A stretch of 63,779 bases of DNA, the filler included, from Octopus bimaculoides (taxonomy: Eukaryota): NCBI RefSeq assembly GCF_001194135.2. It is 5 parts of 4 records of this genome, joined end to end, with 100 filler letters (N's around TTAATTAATTAA, not from the genome) between each part and the next. Parts side by side here need not be neighbours in the genome. Positions count along the whole stretch, not along the records: positions 62,703 to 63,779 come from NW_026436559.1; 4 more parts are not named here. The stretch is one strand, 5' to 3'. Shown here piece after piece: positions 63,310 through 63,779 of this stretch. The notes below the pieces were generated by a model. It was not told the origin of the DNA and searched no databases. It saw only the letters and a program-made list of their open reading frames with translations. The translations under genes and the position numbers were made by a program. Position 1 is the first letter of the stretch, and each line of letters opens with the position of its first letter.

Positions 63310-63779
63310 TAGGTGGTGAAGACGAACGAAGCAGATGAGTGGAAGAGATTGGAGAAGGAAGAGGAGGAGGAGGAGAAGAATGAAAGGATGAAGAAGAAAG
63401 GGAAGGAGAAGTGGGGAAAGAAAAAGAAGAAGAATGATAAGAATAAAATGACGGTAGAGAAAAAGAAAAAAGGAGGAGGAGGAAAAGTGGAAAAAGAAGT
63501 AGAGAAGGAAGAAGGAAGGGGAGGAGAAGATGAAGAAAGAGAAGAAAAAGGTAGCGGTGCTCCAGCATGGCCGCGGTCCTGCAACTGACGCCATTAAAAA
63601 ATAGAAGAGGAAGAAGGAAGAGAAAGGGAAAGAAAAGTAGAAAAAGAAGCAAAGATGAAAAAGAAAAAAAGAAGGAGAATAAAATGGAGGGGGAGAAGGA
63701 AATGATGAAAGAGGAGGAGGAGAAGGAAAGGTAGAAAAAGAAGTAGAGAAAGAAGGAGGAGGAGGAGGAGAAGAAGCGG
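63310..63779. repeat. Polypurine (GAA/GGA) tract with a SINE B tail remnant at 63550-63600
   Basis: Almost exclusively A/G on the + strand; contains GCGGTGCTCCAGCATGGCCGCGGTC. Confidence 0.9.

Noticed and set aside
62756-63652. 298-aa Thr/Ser/Pro-rich mucin-like ORF
   Set aside because: It lies wholly within (GTA/GCA)n and polypurine tracts and crosses a SINE tail; overlapping frames are equally open.

Overview
This is AT-rich eukaryotic DNA with about 25 N-gaps and very dense microsatellites. The SINE and LINE families look like cephalopod (Octopus) repeats; that is an inference from family resemblance, not a database result. I cannot support any host protein-coding gene, rRNA, real tRNA or CRISPR array, and most ORFs in the supplied track are translated microsatellites or N-runs. 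The window reads as intronic or intergenic transposon debris. It holds about 30 copies of tRNA-headed SINEs in three or four modular families. It holds remnants of five retroelement lineages: Penelope GIY-YIG, RTE, R4/Dong-type, CRE-type and an RNase H-bearing LINE. It also holds two hAT MITEs with 8-bp TSDs, two hAT transposase fossils and a Tigger/pogo-like MITE. Several protein remnants are missing from the ORF track and I found them by manual translation. Three observations stand out. (1) A complete minimal, dimer-type hammerhead ribozyme core at 6414-6459 is boxed in by a 35-bp inverted repeat, and two related hammerhead-like motifs lie at about 54.85 and 58.83 kb. (2) An RTE LINE has its missing RT interior replaced by a perfect 60-bp inverted copy of the DNA just downstream of its own 3' tail. 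(3) A spacer-less palindrome of about 292 bp and about 95% arm identity sits at 45315-45606. None of these proves a new biological system; each is given with a decisive test.
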